From assembly GCA_964404035.1 (NCBI GenBank), contig CAYOIT010000004.1, positions 1-56,941 on the forward strand: DNA of 56,941 bases, in the 5' to 3' direction. This document shows positions 9,552-18,050 of this stretch, one piece after another (position 1 is the stretch's first letter; each line of letters starts with the position of its first letter). The translations under genes were made by a program, and so were the position numbers. Under the pieces are notes generated by a model, which did no database searches, had not been told where the DNA came from, and worked only from the letters and a program-made list of their open reading frames with translations. This stretch comes from an uncultured Verrucomicrobiota bacterium (GTDB lineage: Bacteria > Verrucomicrobiota > Kiritimatiellia > CAIKKV01 > CAITUY01).

Positions 9552-10157
9552 ATGGCTCAGGAATGGAACATCAGGCCGCGGGGGATCAGTTGCAGCGCGT
9601 GTGCGACCGCCTTCGCCGACGGACAGGAGTTCTTCACACGGTTGACGTTCCAGGGACCGGAGTACCTGCGCGGGGATTTCTGCGTCGCCTGTTGGGCGGT
9701 GGAGGCTCCCAAGGAACCGGGCTACAGCTCGTGGAAAGGACATTTCCATGTTCCCCCGTCCGATCCGGACCGGCGGGTCAGGAAGGAAACGGCAGAATCC
9801 CTGCTGCGCGACTTGATCGAGGAGGATAACCCCTCCAAAAAGCGGGTCATCTACATTCTCGCGGTCATGCTGGAGCGGCAGCGTGTGTTTCTGGAACGGG
9901 ATGTCAAAACCCTCGAGGATGGCAGCCGGATTGTGGTGTACGAGCATCGCCGGACCGGGGAGGCTTTTGCGATCACCGACCCCCGGCTGCAGCTTTCCGA
10001 GATTGAACCGCTTCAAGGGGAAATCATGGCGTTGCTGACCGGGCAGGGCGCGGAAGCCGTGCCGCCACCGGCGCCGGTACCGCCATCGCCCGCCGGCGAG
10101 GCGACCGGAGCGCCGGGCGAGGACACGAGCGTGAGTCCATGTTCGACATCAAACTAG
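9552..10157 (+). CDS. hypothetical protein with N-terminal CxxC...CxxC zinc-ribbon-like motif and Pro/Ala-rich tail
   Basis: ORF with high GC3. Contains CSAC...CVAC cysteine pairs. No family recognised. Confidence 0.5.
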   Translation: MAQEWNIRPRGISCSACATAFADGQEFFTRLTFQGPEYLRGDFCVACWAVEAPKEPGYSSWKGHFHVPPSDPDRRVRKETAESLLRDLIEEDNPSKKRVIYILAVMLERQRVFLERDVKTLEDGSRIVVYEHRRTGEAFAITDPRLQLSEIEPLQGEIMALLTGQGAEAVPPPAPVPPSPAGEATGAPGEDTSVSPCSTSN

Positions 10158-11695
10158 TCCATGGGCAGGTTTTCGACGGAACCGGAAAGCCGCCCGTCTG
10201 TGCCGATATCGGCATCGTGGGAGACCGGATCACCGCGGTGGGCGACCTTGGCGCGGCCGAGGCGCGGCTGGTGCTGGAGGCCGGGCACCATGTGGTTTGC
10301 CCCGGCTTCATCGATGTGCATTCCCACTCCGATGCCTACCTCCTGATTGAGCCTTCGGCGGCGAGCAAGGTTTACCAGGGGATCACTGCCGAAGTCATCG
10401 GCAATTGCGGGTCATCGGCGGCGCCCAGGCTGGGAGCGGCACAGATTCCGTCCGACTGGCGAACCCATGCCTACCCGGGGGAGTGGCGGACGCTGGCGGA
10501 ATACCGCCGGCTTCTGGAGCGCGTGCGGCCGGCGGTCAATGTGGTGGCCCTGGTCGGCCACAATGTCCTGCGCGCCAGTGTCATGGGCTATGAGGGCCGC
10601 CCCGCGCGGTCCGAGGAAATCCAGGCGATGGCGCATCTGCTGGAGGAAAGCCTCGAAGCGGGGGGGCGCGGGCTGAGCACCGGGTTGATCTACCCGCCCG
10701 GCATGTACGCCACGGAGGAGGAAATCCTGACGCTGGCGGCGGTCGTGGCCAGACGCGGAGGACTGTACACGTCGCACATGCGGAGCGAGAGCAGCGGCTT
10801 GCTCGATGCGTTGAAGGAAACGATCGGGGTAGGCCGGAAAACGGGCGTGCGGGTCCAGGTGTCGCATCTAAAGACCTCCGGCCGTCTCAACTGGCCCCTG
10901 GTGGACTCAGCCCTCGAACTGATGCAGGGGGCGCGGAAGGAAGGTCTGGCCGTGGCCGCCGACCGGTATCCATACACCTCGTCCTGCACCGATCTCGACG
11001 TGATTTTTCCCCATTGGGCGACGGAAGGCGGGCGCGAGGCCGAACTCGCCCGGCTGCGCGATCCGTCCGTCAGGGCGAAGCTTCGGGCGGAACTGCTGGC
11101 CGTGCGCCCGGACCGGTCGTGGGGCAGTATTACCATCGGGTCCACCAGCGAGACCAATGCCCGTTTTCGCGGCATGCCGTTGGAACAGGCGGCCGAGGCT
11201 CTGGGCCTGGAACCCGTCGATGCCGCCCTGCACCTGATTGAGACCGACAACCTCGCGACCAGCGCGTTTTTTCAAGGGATGAGTGACTCCAACCTTTGGC
11301 GCATCCTGGGTGAGCCCTATGTCATGATCGGGTCCGATGCGTCCTTGCGCGCCCCGTGGGGGCCGCTGAGCCACGACTACCCGCACCCGCGGGCGTATGG
11401 GAGCTTTCCCCGTTTCCTCCGGGCCGCGCTTGACGAGCGGACCGTTCCGCTGGCCGAGGCCCTGAGGAAGATTACCTCCCTGCCGGCGGAGCAGTTCGGG
11501 TTGCACGGACGCGGTGTGCTGGCGGAGGGGAATCAGGCCGATATCGTGGTCTTCAATCCGGCCACCCTTCGGGATCGGGCCACCTATTCCGACCCGCACC
11601 AGTTCTCCGAAGGGGTGGCCCATCTCCTGGTGAATGGCCGGGTGACGATTCGGGACGGGGCACTGACCGGCGAACGTGCCGGCCTGTGGCTTTGA
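10139..11695 (+). CDS. N-acyl-D-amino-acid deacylase (D-aminoacylase) family amidohydrolase
   Basis: Amidohydrolase metal motif (PGFIDVHSHSD). D-aminoacylase-like N-terminus (IVGDRITAVGDLG) and C-terminal beta domain (ADIVVFNP...GVAHLLVNG). Confidence 0.8.
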   Translation: MFDIKLVHGQVFDGTGKPPVCADIGIVGDRITAVGDLGAAEARLVLEAGHHVVCPGFIDVHSHSDAYLLIEPSAASKVYQGITAEVIGNCGSSAAPRLGAAQIPSDWRTHAYPGEWRTLAEYRRLLERVRPAVNVVALVGHNVLRASVMGYEGRPARSEEIQAMAHLLEESLEAGGRGLSTGLIYPPGMYATEEEILTLAAVVARRGGLYTSHMRSESSGLLDALKETIGVGRKTGVRVQVSHLKTSGRLNWPLVDSALELMQGARKEGLAVAADRYPYTSSCTDLDVIFPHWATEGGREAELARLRDPSVRAKLRAELLAVRPDRSWGSITIGSTSETNARFRGMPLEQAAEALGLEPVDAALHLIETDNLATSAFFQGMSDSNLWRILGEPYVMIGSDASLRAPWGPLSHDYPHPRAYGSFPRFLRAALDERTVPLAEALRKITSLPAEQFGLHGRGVLAEGNQADIVVFNPATLRDRATYSDPHQFSEGVAHLLVNGRVTIRDGALTGERAGLWL

Positions 11696-11708
11696 CCCGG
11701 GCAGCCGG

Positions 11709-14684
11709 CTAGGCCGGCTTGGCGGCGGAGGGTTTGTGGGGGGTCAGGACCCGACGAATCGCTTCCGCGAGCTGGCGCAGCACGATGGGCTTCATCAGGA
11801 TTTCCTTCACCCCGCCCTCGAGCAACTCCTCATCGGACAGCGACTTGCTGAAGCCCGTGCAGAGCAGAACGGGCAGATTGGGCCGCAGCTGGTGCGCTTC
11901 GCGGACCAGTTCCATGCCGGTCATGCCGGGCATGACCTGATCCGTGATCAGGATATCGAAACGGTCCGGGGCTTCACGGAGGAGGGCGATGGCGTCCTGG
12001 CTGCGCAGGCAGGCGACGGGGGTGTAGCCGAGGGTCTTCAGCATCTGGGCAACCATGTTGACGATATCCTTCTCGTCATCCACGAAGAGCACCCGCTCCG
12101 TCCCGCGTGGGACCGGTTCGTGCGAGACAGGCACTTTTTCGCCCGTTTTCTCCATGAGCGGTAGCACGACATGGAAAAGGGACCCCTTTCCGACTTCGCT
12201 CTCCACGGTGATGATGCCGTGCAAAGCGGTGACGATCCCGTGGGCGACGGCCAGCCCCATGCCCGTTCCCTCGCCGCTCTTCTTGGTGGTAAAGAAGGGC
12301 TCGAAGATCCGTTCCACTGTGGCGCGGTCCATCCCGATTCCCGTGTCCCTTACGGTCAGGTCCACGTAGGATCCCCGGCGCAGACGCGACAGCGGTCCCT
12401 TGGTTTTGCTGTCCAGCACGACCGGGTGCAAGCTGTACTCCAGGATGCCGCCGGTCCTTCTCATGGCGTGCAGGGCATTGGTGCCGAGGTTCATCAGTAC
12501 CTGGTGCAACTGGGTCGGATCGGCACGCACCATGTCGCGGTCCGTCTTGATGTCGGCGTGCAGCTGGATATCCGGCCTGACCGACCCGCGGAGCAGCGTC
12601 ATCACTTCCTCGATCACGGCGGCCAGCCGGAGCGGTCTTTCCTCGCCCTCGGTCTGCCGGCTGAAGGCCAGGATCTGCCGCACCAGGTCTTTGGCGCGGT
12701 GACTTGCCTTCAGCACCTCATCGAGATTGTGACGATTGGTGTCCTCGGGGGTGCAGCCAAACAGGGCCATTTCCGTGTAGCCGATGATCGGGGTCAGGAT
12801 GTTGTTGAAATCGTGGGCAATGCCGCCGGCCAGCGTTCCGATCGCTTCCATTTTGTGGGCCTGCCGCAGAAGCCGTTCGTTCTGCCGGAGCGCTTCCTCG
12901 GCGCGGCGGTGCTCGGTGATATCCTGCAACATGACCAGAAAGCCCTTGGGCTTGAAATCCCAGTCGAGCCCGAGGTTGGTGATCAGGATGTCGAAATGGC
13001 TTTTTCCTGAGCGTGTTGACTGGAGGACCAGTCCCGCCTCCTTGGCCAGGTCGAAATCCATGACGGCTTCATAGCGAGCCGTTCCGCCCTTCAACACCGT
13101 GTGCCCGACTTCCTCGCTCATCTCCGGCAACTGGGGAAGGGTCGGGGCCACAAAATGGCTGCGGTCGCTGACCCCGAACATTCCGAGCGCGGAGGGATTG
13201 ATGTCCATCAGCCGTTGGCCGATGTCATAGAGGGCGATCCCGATGGGCGAACGGGCAAAGAAGTCATGAAACCGCCGCTCGCTCTCTTTGAGCGCGAACT
13301 GGGTTTCACGCCGCCGGGTGATGTCATGGGCGCAACAGAACACGGCGGGACGTCCCTCGTGTTCGAGCACGCGCACGGTGATTTCCATGGGGATCTCGTT
13401 GCCCGACTTGGTCCGGTAGGTTCGTTCCGTGAAGACGTGAGGCGGAACCAGTTGATCGCCAGCGGCGGGCGGTTCACCGGGCGCCGCCGGGCTGCTCCCG
13501 CTTTTGAGGAGGGGGGCATAGGGCTGCTGGGATCCGCTGTCCGACATGACTTCGATGTCGCGTGGAGTAAGGGCCAGCAACTCGGTGCGGGTATAGCCCA
13601 ATCGGTGACAGGCCGTGCGATTGGCCTCGATGAACTTGGTGGGATGGTTTCTGGCATCCAGCCCATGTACCAGAATGATGTCCTCCGTGCTGTTCAGGAG
13701 TGAACGGTACCAGACCTTCTGCGACTCGGTGGTTTTCTCGCGGCTGGCGAGAGTGTCGTACGACTTGCGGAGCTCGTCATTTGCGGCATTCAGGCGCAAG
13801 GTGCGCGCGTCGACGGCCTGCCGAAGCCTGCGCACGGCAAAGCCGCCGCTGACGAGAAGGGCGATGAGGATCATCAGGCTGCCGAAAAACAGCGGCAGAT
13901 ATCTTCGGTCCAGCCGGGTCCAATATTCAAGCGAACGGTAGTACAGCGACTTCCGGTCGGCCTTCAGCACGGACTGCCAGTAATCGAGGCCCTCGATCAG
14001 TTTTCCGCTCCGGTTACGAGGCGAGGCAAAGCGGAATTCGATGGTGGGCGAGGTGATGGGGGAGGCGGTGACGCCGTAATCGCGGGCCGAGCGTTCCCCG
14101 AAGAATCGGTCAATCAGGCCGGTGTCGACGCTGCGACGGTCAAGGGACTCGAGAATCTGGGTGTAGGAATCCATCTCGATGAACTCGCACCGTATCCGGG
14201 CCTCTGTCAGCATGGCACGGAACTGCTCGTAATGGGGGTCGCCGCGCATCACGGCGATCGTCTTGCCGGCGAGGTCGCTGAGCGAGAAGACGAGGACGGA
14301 GTTGGCCACATACAGCTGCCCGCAGGAGGCCACCATCCCTTCGCGGGTGAAGTCCTGCCGGCCGATCCGGTCGCTCGGCCACGGCGCCGGCATCACCAGG
14401 TCCAGGGCGCCCTGTTCGAGTTTGATGGCGTTGTTGGCGGGAGTATCCGGAATGTAGCGAATCTGCCAGCCCTTCTGGGCGGCCACGTAGTTGAGAATAT
14501 CGGGCAGGAAGCCTTTGACGGCGGCCCCGCCGGAGCGGATGTAGACGAACGGCTCTTGCGAGGAGACGCCCACGTTGATGACGTTGGTCATGTCCGACGC
14601 CGCGCCCAGGAGCACCCAGGGGGCGAGCGCGAGCGAAAGGATGATGATCCTGATGTTCATAAACGATGGGTTGCGGCTCAGCAT
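11709..14684 (-). CDS. hybrid sensor histidine kinase with periplasmic solute-binding domain, PAS domains and C-terminal receiver
   Basis: Signal/TM segment, SBP_bac_3-like periplasmic domain, TM helix and PAS repeats. H-box (IAHDFNNILTPI), HATPase boxes (NLGTNALHAM, DTGIGM, GEGTGMGL) and receiver (VLFVDDE...ILITDQVMPGM). Start is ATG 14684, with ATG 14660 as an alternative. Confidence 0.85.
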   Translation of the reverse strand: MLSRNPSFMNIRIIILSLALAPWVLLGAASDMTNVINVGVSSQEPFVYIRSGGAAVKGFLPDILNYVAAQKGWQIRYIPDTPANNAIKLEQGALDLVMPAPWPSDRIGRQDFTREGMVASCGQLYVANSVLVFSLSDLAGKTIAVMRGDPHYEQFRAMLTEARIRCEFIEMDSYTQILESLDRRSVDTGLIDRFFGERSARDYGVTASPITSPTIEFRFASPRNRSGKLIEGLDYWQSVLKADRKSLYYRSLEYWTRLDRRYLPLFFGSLMILIALLVSGGFAVRRLRQAVDARTLRLNAANDELRKSYDTLASREKTTESQKVWYRSLLNSTEDIILVHGLDARNHPTKFIEANRTACHRLGYTRTELLALTPRDIEVMSDSGSQQPYAPLLKSGSSPAAPGEPPAAGDQLVPPHVFTERTYRTKSGNEIPMEITVRVLEHEGRPAVFCCAHDITRRRETQFALKESERRFHDFFARSPIGIALYDIGQRLMDINPSALGMFGVSDRSHFVAPTLPQLPEMSEEVGHTVLKGGTARYEAVMDFDLAKEAGLVLQSTRSGKSHFDILITNLGLDWDFKPKGFLVMLQDITEHRRAEEALRQNERLLRQAHKMEAIGTLAGGIAHDFNNILTPIIGYTEMALFGCTPEDTNRHNLDEVLKASHRAKDLVRQILAFSRQTEGEERPLRLAAVIEEVMTLLRGSVRPDIQLHADIKTDRDMVRADPTQLHQVLMNLGTNALHAMRRTGGILEYSLHPVVLDSKTKGPLSRLRRGSYVDLTVRDTGIGMDRATVERIFEPFFTTKKSGEGTGMGLAVAHGIVTALHGIITVESEVGKGSLFHVVLPLMEKTGEKVPVSHEPVPRGTERVLFVDDEKDIVNMVAQMLKTLGYTPVACLRSQDAIALLREAPDRFDILITDQVMPGMTGMELVREAHQLRPNLPVLLCTGFSKSLSDEELLEGGVKEILMKPIVLRQLAEAIRRVLTPHKPSAAKPA

Positions 14685-14712
14685 AGCATAGGCCGATGTC
14701 CGGGCAAACGAT

Positions 14713-15522
14713 TCAAGACACCCCCTCCAACTGGGCGATCGCCCGCTTGGCGCAGACGGCATCGATCCGCCAGGTGCCTGCCACGTAGCCGGCCAGCAGG
14801 GCATTGTCGCAGACGGCGTTGATCAGGCGGGGAATGCCGCCGGAGTAACGATGGACGAGGTGAATGGCTTTGGGGTCGAACACAATCCGCCCGTTGCCGC
14901 CCGCCGTATTCAGACGGTGGGCCACATAGGCGCTCACCTCCTCTTCCTGGAGGGGGCCCAGGTGAAATCGCACCGTGATGCGCTGGCGCAACTGGCGGAG
15001 CGAGACCTGGGAGAGTTTTTCCTCGAGTTCAGGTTGTCCGACCATGACGATCTGAATCAACTTGTGACGGGTGGTCTCCAGGTTTGACAGCAGGCGGATC
15101 TGCTCCATGAGCTTCGGCGAGAGATTCTGGGCTTCATCAATCAGGAGGGCCACATTGGCCCCCGCGTCCATCTTCTGGAGCAGGAAGGCGTTGAGCGTCT
15201 CGATCAGCTTGAGCATATCCTTCCCGCCCGAATCGAGACCGAAGTCGCGCAGGATGGCACGCATCAGCTGGGCCTCGGTGAGGCACGGGTTCAGGATCAG
15301 GGCCGTCTGGACGCTCTGGCCGAGTTCGGCAAGGACGGCCCGGCACAGCGTGGTTTTGCCGGACCCCACTTCTCCCGTGAGCTGGATAAAGCCCTTTCGC
15401 TCCCGGATGCCGTACATCACATGATTGTAGGCCTCGCGGTGTTGACGCGAAAAGAAAAGATAGTGCGGGTCCGGCGTGATACTGAAAGGCGATTCCTTGA
15501 GTTTAAAGAACTCAAGATACAT
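14713..15522 (-). CDS. ExeA/GspA/MshM-like AAA+ (P-loop) ATPase
   Basis: N-terminal F.LKE.PF motif, Walker A (GEVGSGKTT), Walker B (ALLIDEAQ) and C-terminal GGIPRLIN motif, as in ExeA-type secretion-associated ATPases. Its ATG lies 1 nt after the encapsulin stop. Confidence 0.85.
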   Translation of the reverse strand: MYLEFFKLKESPFSITPDPHYLFFSRQHREAYNHVMYGIRERKGFIQLTGEVGSGKTTLCRAVLAELGQSVQTALILNPCLTEAQLMRAILRDFGLDSGGKDMLKLIETLNAFLLQKMDAGANVALLIDEAQNLSPKLMEQIRLLSNLETTRHKLIQIVMVGQPELEEKLSQVSLRQLRQRITVRFHLGPLQEEEVSAYVAHRLNTAGGNGRIVFDPKAIHLVHRYSGGIPRLINAVCDNALLAGYVAGTWRIDAVCAKRAIAQLEGVS

Positions 15523-15523
15523 T

Positions 15524-16336
15524 TCAGGCCTTGACCTTCAACTCGCATGCCGCCGCCGGTTCAAAGACGCTGAACGTGAAGGACTCGGTGAAGTACAGGT
15601 CCACATTGTCCTTGTCATGACTCTTGAACCCGATGGTCAGGTCCTGTCCGACCGTCATCTCGAAGTCTCCGCCGCGGCGTGACAGCACCAAGCCCCCGTG
15701 CAGGGCGGGACTCCAATGCACCCCCCCGGTGGCCAGGGCCTCGATCTGCTTGCGCAGCGGGTAAGCCTGCGGATCGCCGACCCGGACCAGGGCGTAGGGC
15801 TCGGTGCCCAGCACCAGGGCGTAAGGGCCGCCGACACCGGATTTCTCGAGCGCCAGAATGGCGTGCTCCACCGACTCGGTGAAGGCGTCGGGATCGGACG
15901 CCGAGAGCGGCACCGGCTTGTGGGACGACGCTTCGGCGATGCCCCTGATGCCGCCTTCCGCAAATCCGAGATAGAGGGCGGTTTCCTCAAAGATCGCGGT
16001 TTTCCGCGCCGCGCCGATCATCGCATCGAGGTTGGGGTTTCTGGCTCCGCGGGAAACGTTATCGAGTTCCCACAGCTTCAAGGTGAAATGGGTCCGGACC
16101 TCGATCAGGTTCTGGGTTTCGCGCCGGCCCCAGCTGACCCCCTTGACGGGTTCGCTGTCCCCCAGGTGGATGCTGCCCAGGTTGACCGCGGCCATGGTCC
16201 AGCCATGCGGTCCGCTGAAATCCACGAGGCCACGGGCGGACAGGTTGCCCTTCAGGATACGGGAGGCCTGCAGGTCGATCTCTTTCCAGCCTTCATCGGC
16301 GATCGGCGACAGTGAGCGTCTGAGTATATCAGTCAT
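15524..16336 (-). CDS. enc: family 1 encapsulin nanocompartment shell protein (Linocin_M18 / HK97 fold)
   Basis: End-to-end similarity, recalled by eye, to the Thermotoga maritima encapsulin (LIEVRTHFTLKLWELDN, SRRGGDFEMTVGQDLTIGF, YFTESFTF). 270 aa. AAGGAGAA RBS 6 nt upstream. Confidence 0.93.
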   Translation of the reverse strand: MTDILRRSLSPIADEGWKEIDLQASRILKGNLSARGLVDFSGPHGWTMAAVNLGSIHLGDSEPVKGVSWGRRETQNLIEVRTHFTLKLWELDNVSRGARNPNLDAMIGAARKTAIFEETALYLGFAEGGIRGIAEASSHKPVPLSASDPDAFTESVEHAILALEKSGVGGPYALVLGTEPYALVRVGDPQAYPLRKQIEALATGGVHWSPALHGGLVLSRRGGDFEMTVGQDLTIGFKSHDKDNVDLYFTESFTFSVFEPAAACELKVKA

Positions 16337-16372
16337 GGGATGTTCTCCTTTTTGTGGGGAATAAGAAGGGGT

Positions 16373-16714
16373 TCAGGTCTTCAGGTTGCGGATGCCCAGG
16401 TCGGCTTGGGTCTCGCCCGACGGGCCGGAGCCGGCTTCTATTTCAGTGATGGGTTTGGACGTAAAGAGATACGTCTTCAGTGCCGTGTCGACCGTCGGCA
16501 TGGTGCGGCGCAACCACTCGACCAGCATGGCAAAGTGCTCCATCTCCTCGTTGCGGTTGTGTTCGAGAATCGCCTTCAGCGCGGGATCTTCCGAGCGATC
16601 GAGACGCTGGTGGTAATAGTCAAAAGCCTCCAGTTCCTCCTGAAGACTGGCCAGGGCGCGGTGAATGTTCCGCGCCTCGGCGGAGAGGTCTGATTCATTA
16701 TAGGCGCTACTCAT
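16373..16714 (-). CDS. encapsulated ferritin-like cargo protein (EncFtn) with C-terminal targeting peptide
   Basis: Ferritin-like E-x6-Y (EELEAFDYY) and ExxH (NEEMEH) motifs. C-terminal LGIRNLK resembles the family-1 cargo-loading peptide. AGGAGG RBS before ATG 16714. Lies directly upstream of the shell gene. Confidence 0.85.
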   Translation of the reverse strand: MSSAYNESDLSAEARNIHRALASLQEELEAFDYYHQRLDRSEDPALKAILEHNRNEEMEHFAMLVEWLRRTMPTVDTALKTYLFTSKPITEIEAGSGPSGETQADLGIRNLKT

Positions 16715-16744
16715 TGACGTCCTCCTGCTTGTCGGGCGAAACGG

Positions 16745-16773
16745 ATCATACCGCTTCCCTATTCGAGTGCCAT
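16745..16773 (-). promoter_or_regulatory. candidate sigma70-type promoter for the encFtn-encapsulin operon
   Basis: On the minus strand: ATGGCA, 17-nt spacer, TATGAT, about 30 nt upstream of the encFtn ATG. Pattern match only. Confidence 0.3.
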
Positions 16774-16879
16774 ATTGCCACAAACCTAGCCGCTCACAAG
16801 CCTGATGTTGGGGCCGGAAGCCTCCCGGACGTGGCACGATTCGGGCCCGCCGGCAGCGCGGCCGGGTCCGGCGGCAGGA

Positions 16880-17752
16880 TCAGCCCAGGGTGTCGCCGGA
16901 ACGGGACCACGGTCTGGCTTCCGTTCGGATTTTTCCATCAACTTCCGGCCACACCTTCAACAGAATGGCGGGATGTGGCGACTCCTGGGTGGAGGCGGGG
17001 GGCGGCGCCAGCCGGGCAAGGAGCGACGCCGGATCATCGGCCAGGGTCGTCAGCAGGGTGCAGACGTCGGTCAGGAACAACTGCCGCAGACTCGACAGGT
17101 CGTCGGTGACTTTGACGTCGCCCAGATGGACCACGGACGGCTCAAGCAGAAAAGCGAGCTTCAGGGCCTCTTCCATGGACGCCACGTCCGTCTGGATTTC
17201 GGTCTGGACCACCAGGGAATTGTGGTGGGCCAGAAGAAACGAAAGGGTCGGTTCGACGATATAGAGCACTTGCTTGCGGGTGTTGTTGATCTCGTTCAGC
17301 AGGGCATAGGCGACCTGACTGTTGGCGCTCTGGCTGGAGCCGAAGATCAACACCGCCCGGTGCCGGCGTGTGCCGATCGCCTCTGCAATCGCCTGCACCT
17401 GCGCCGGCTCACTGCAGATTGCCCCGATGGTCGGCACTTCAAAGGGAATGCGAATGATGCGCAGGACCCGGCTTCCCCGTTGGGTGAAGTGGCAGATACG
17501 CAGGCGCCCGACGTCGCGGACCCCGACGCACAGGATGCCCGCCTGGGAGAGATGGGTTTCCTTCTTGCCCGAACTGCGCATCACCACGCCCGCCAGGGTT
17601 TCCTCCACGTCCGCCGCCGAAAAAACCTTGCCGCTCACGACGGTGCAGACTCCGTTGCGACGGCTCAAAGGCGGTGCATTGGGCGCAATGAGGAGTTCCC
17701 GCAGCTGTTTGTCGTGCGCCAGCATCTCCAGAATTTCAAACCACACATTCAT
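16880..17752 (-). CDS. PilT/GspE-family protein with degenerate ATPase motifs (predicted pseudo-ATPase)
   Basis: Collinear with PilT across the N-terminal and core domains. However, Walker A reads GSSQSANS instead of GPTGSGKS, the Asp box reads IVEPTLS, Walker B reads VVHLGDVKV, and the His box is lost. Confidence 0.75.
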   Translation of the reverse strand: MNVWFEILEMLAHDKQLRELLIAPNAPPLSRRNGVCTVVSGKVFSAADVEETLAGVVMRSSGKKETHLSQAGILCVGVRDVGRLRICHFTQRGSRVLRIIRIPFEVPTIGAICSEPAQVQAIAEAIGTRRHRAVLIFGSSQSANSQVAYALLNEINNTRKQVLYIVEPTLSFLLAHHNSLVVQTEIQTDVASMEEALKLAFLLEPSVVHLGDVKVTDDLSSLRQLFLTDVCTLLTTLADDPASLLARLAPPPASTQESPHPAILLKVWPEVDGKIRTEARPWSRSGDTLG

Positions 17753-18050
17753 CGTTGTTCCTTTCGCATCGTCGGCAGGCGGCAGCGTCGGTGGAACCGG
17801 CAGGGGCGCTGCGAACAGGCTTGGAATGCTACCACGGATCCCGCGTTCGGCTAACGCTTTTTCCGCGGAGGCGATGGCCTAAGTGCAGTGACCTATCCGA
17901 TTGGGTGGACGCCGGTGTCCCTACCGGCGTCAGACCGCGCTAGAGACAGCACGGTCCACCTTGTAGGATACGTTGGCGCATTTATGACCCAGCCGCTGGA
18001 TGTTCGCCAGATTCATGGTACGATGCCGGTCGTAAGGAAGGAGTTGTGCC

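Noticed and set aside
16767-16780. TGGCA-ATA-TGGCAC on the minus strand upstream of encFtn, read as a sigma54 (-24/-12) promoter.
   Set aside because: There is no TTGC element at the required spacing after the GG. The same sequence instead overlaps a plausible sigma70 -35 (ATGGCA) placed 17 nt from TATGAT.
17908-17931. 8-bp GC hairpin (GACGCCGG-N8-CCGGCGTC) in the PilT-like/yceH divergent intergenic region, read as a small RNA or terminator.
   Set aside because: There is no flanking U-tract and no conserved context that I can evaluate. Hairpins of this size are frequent in GC-rich DNA.
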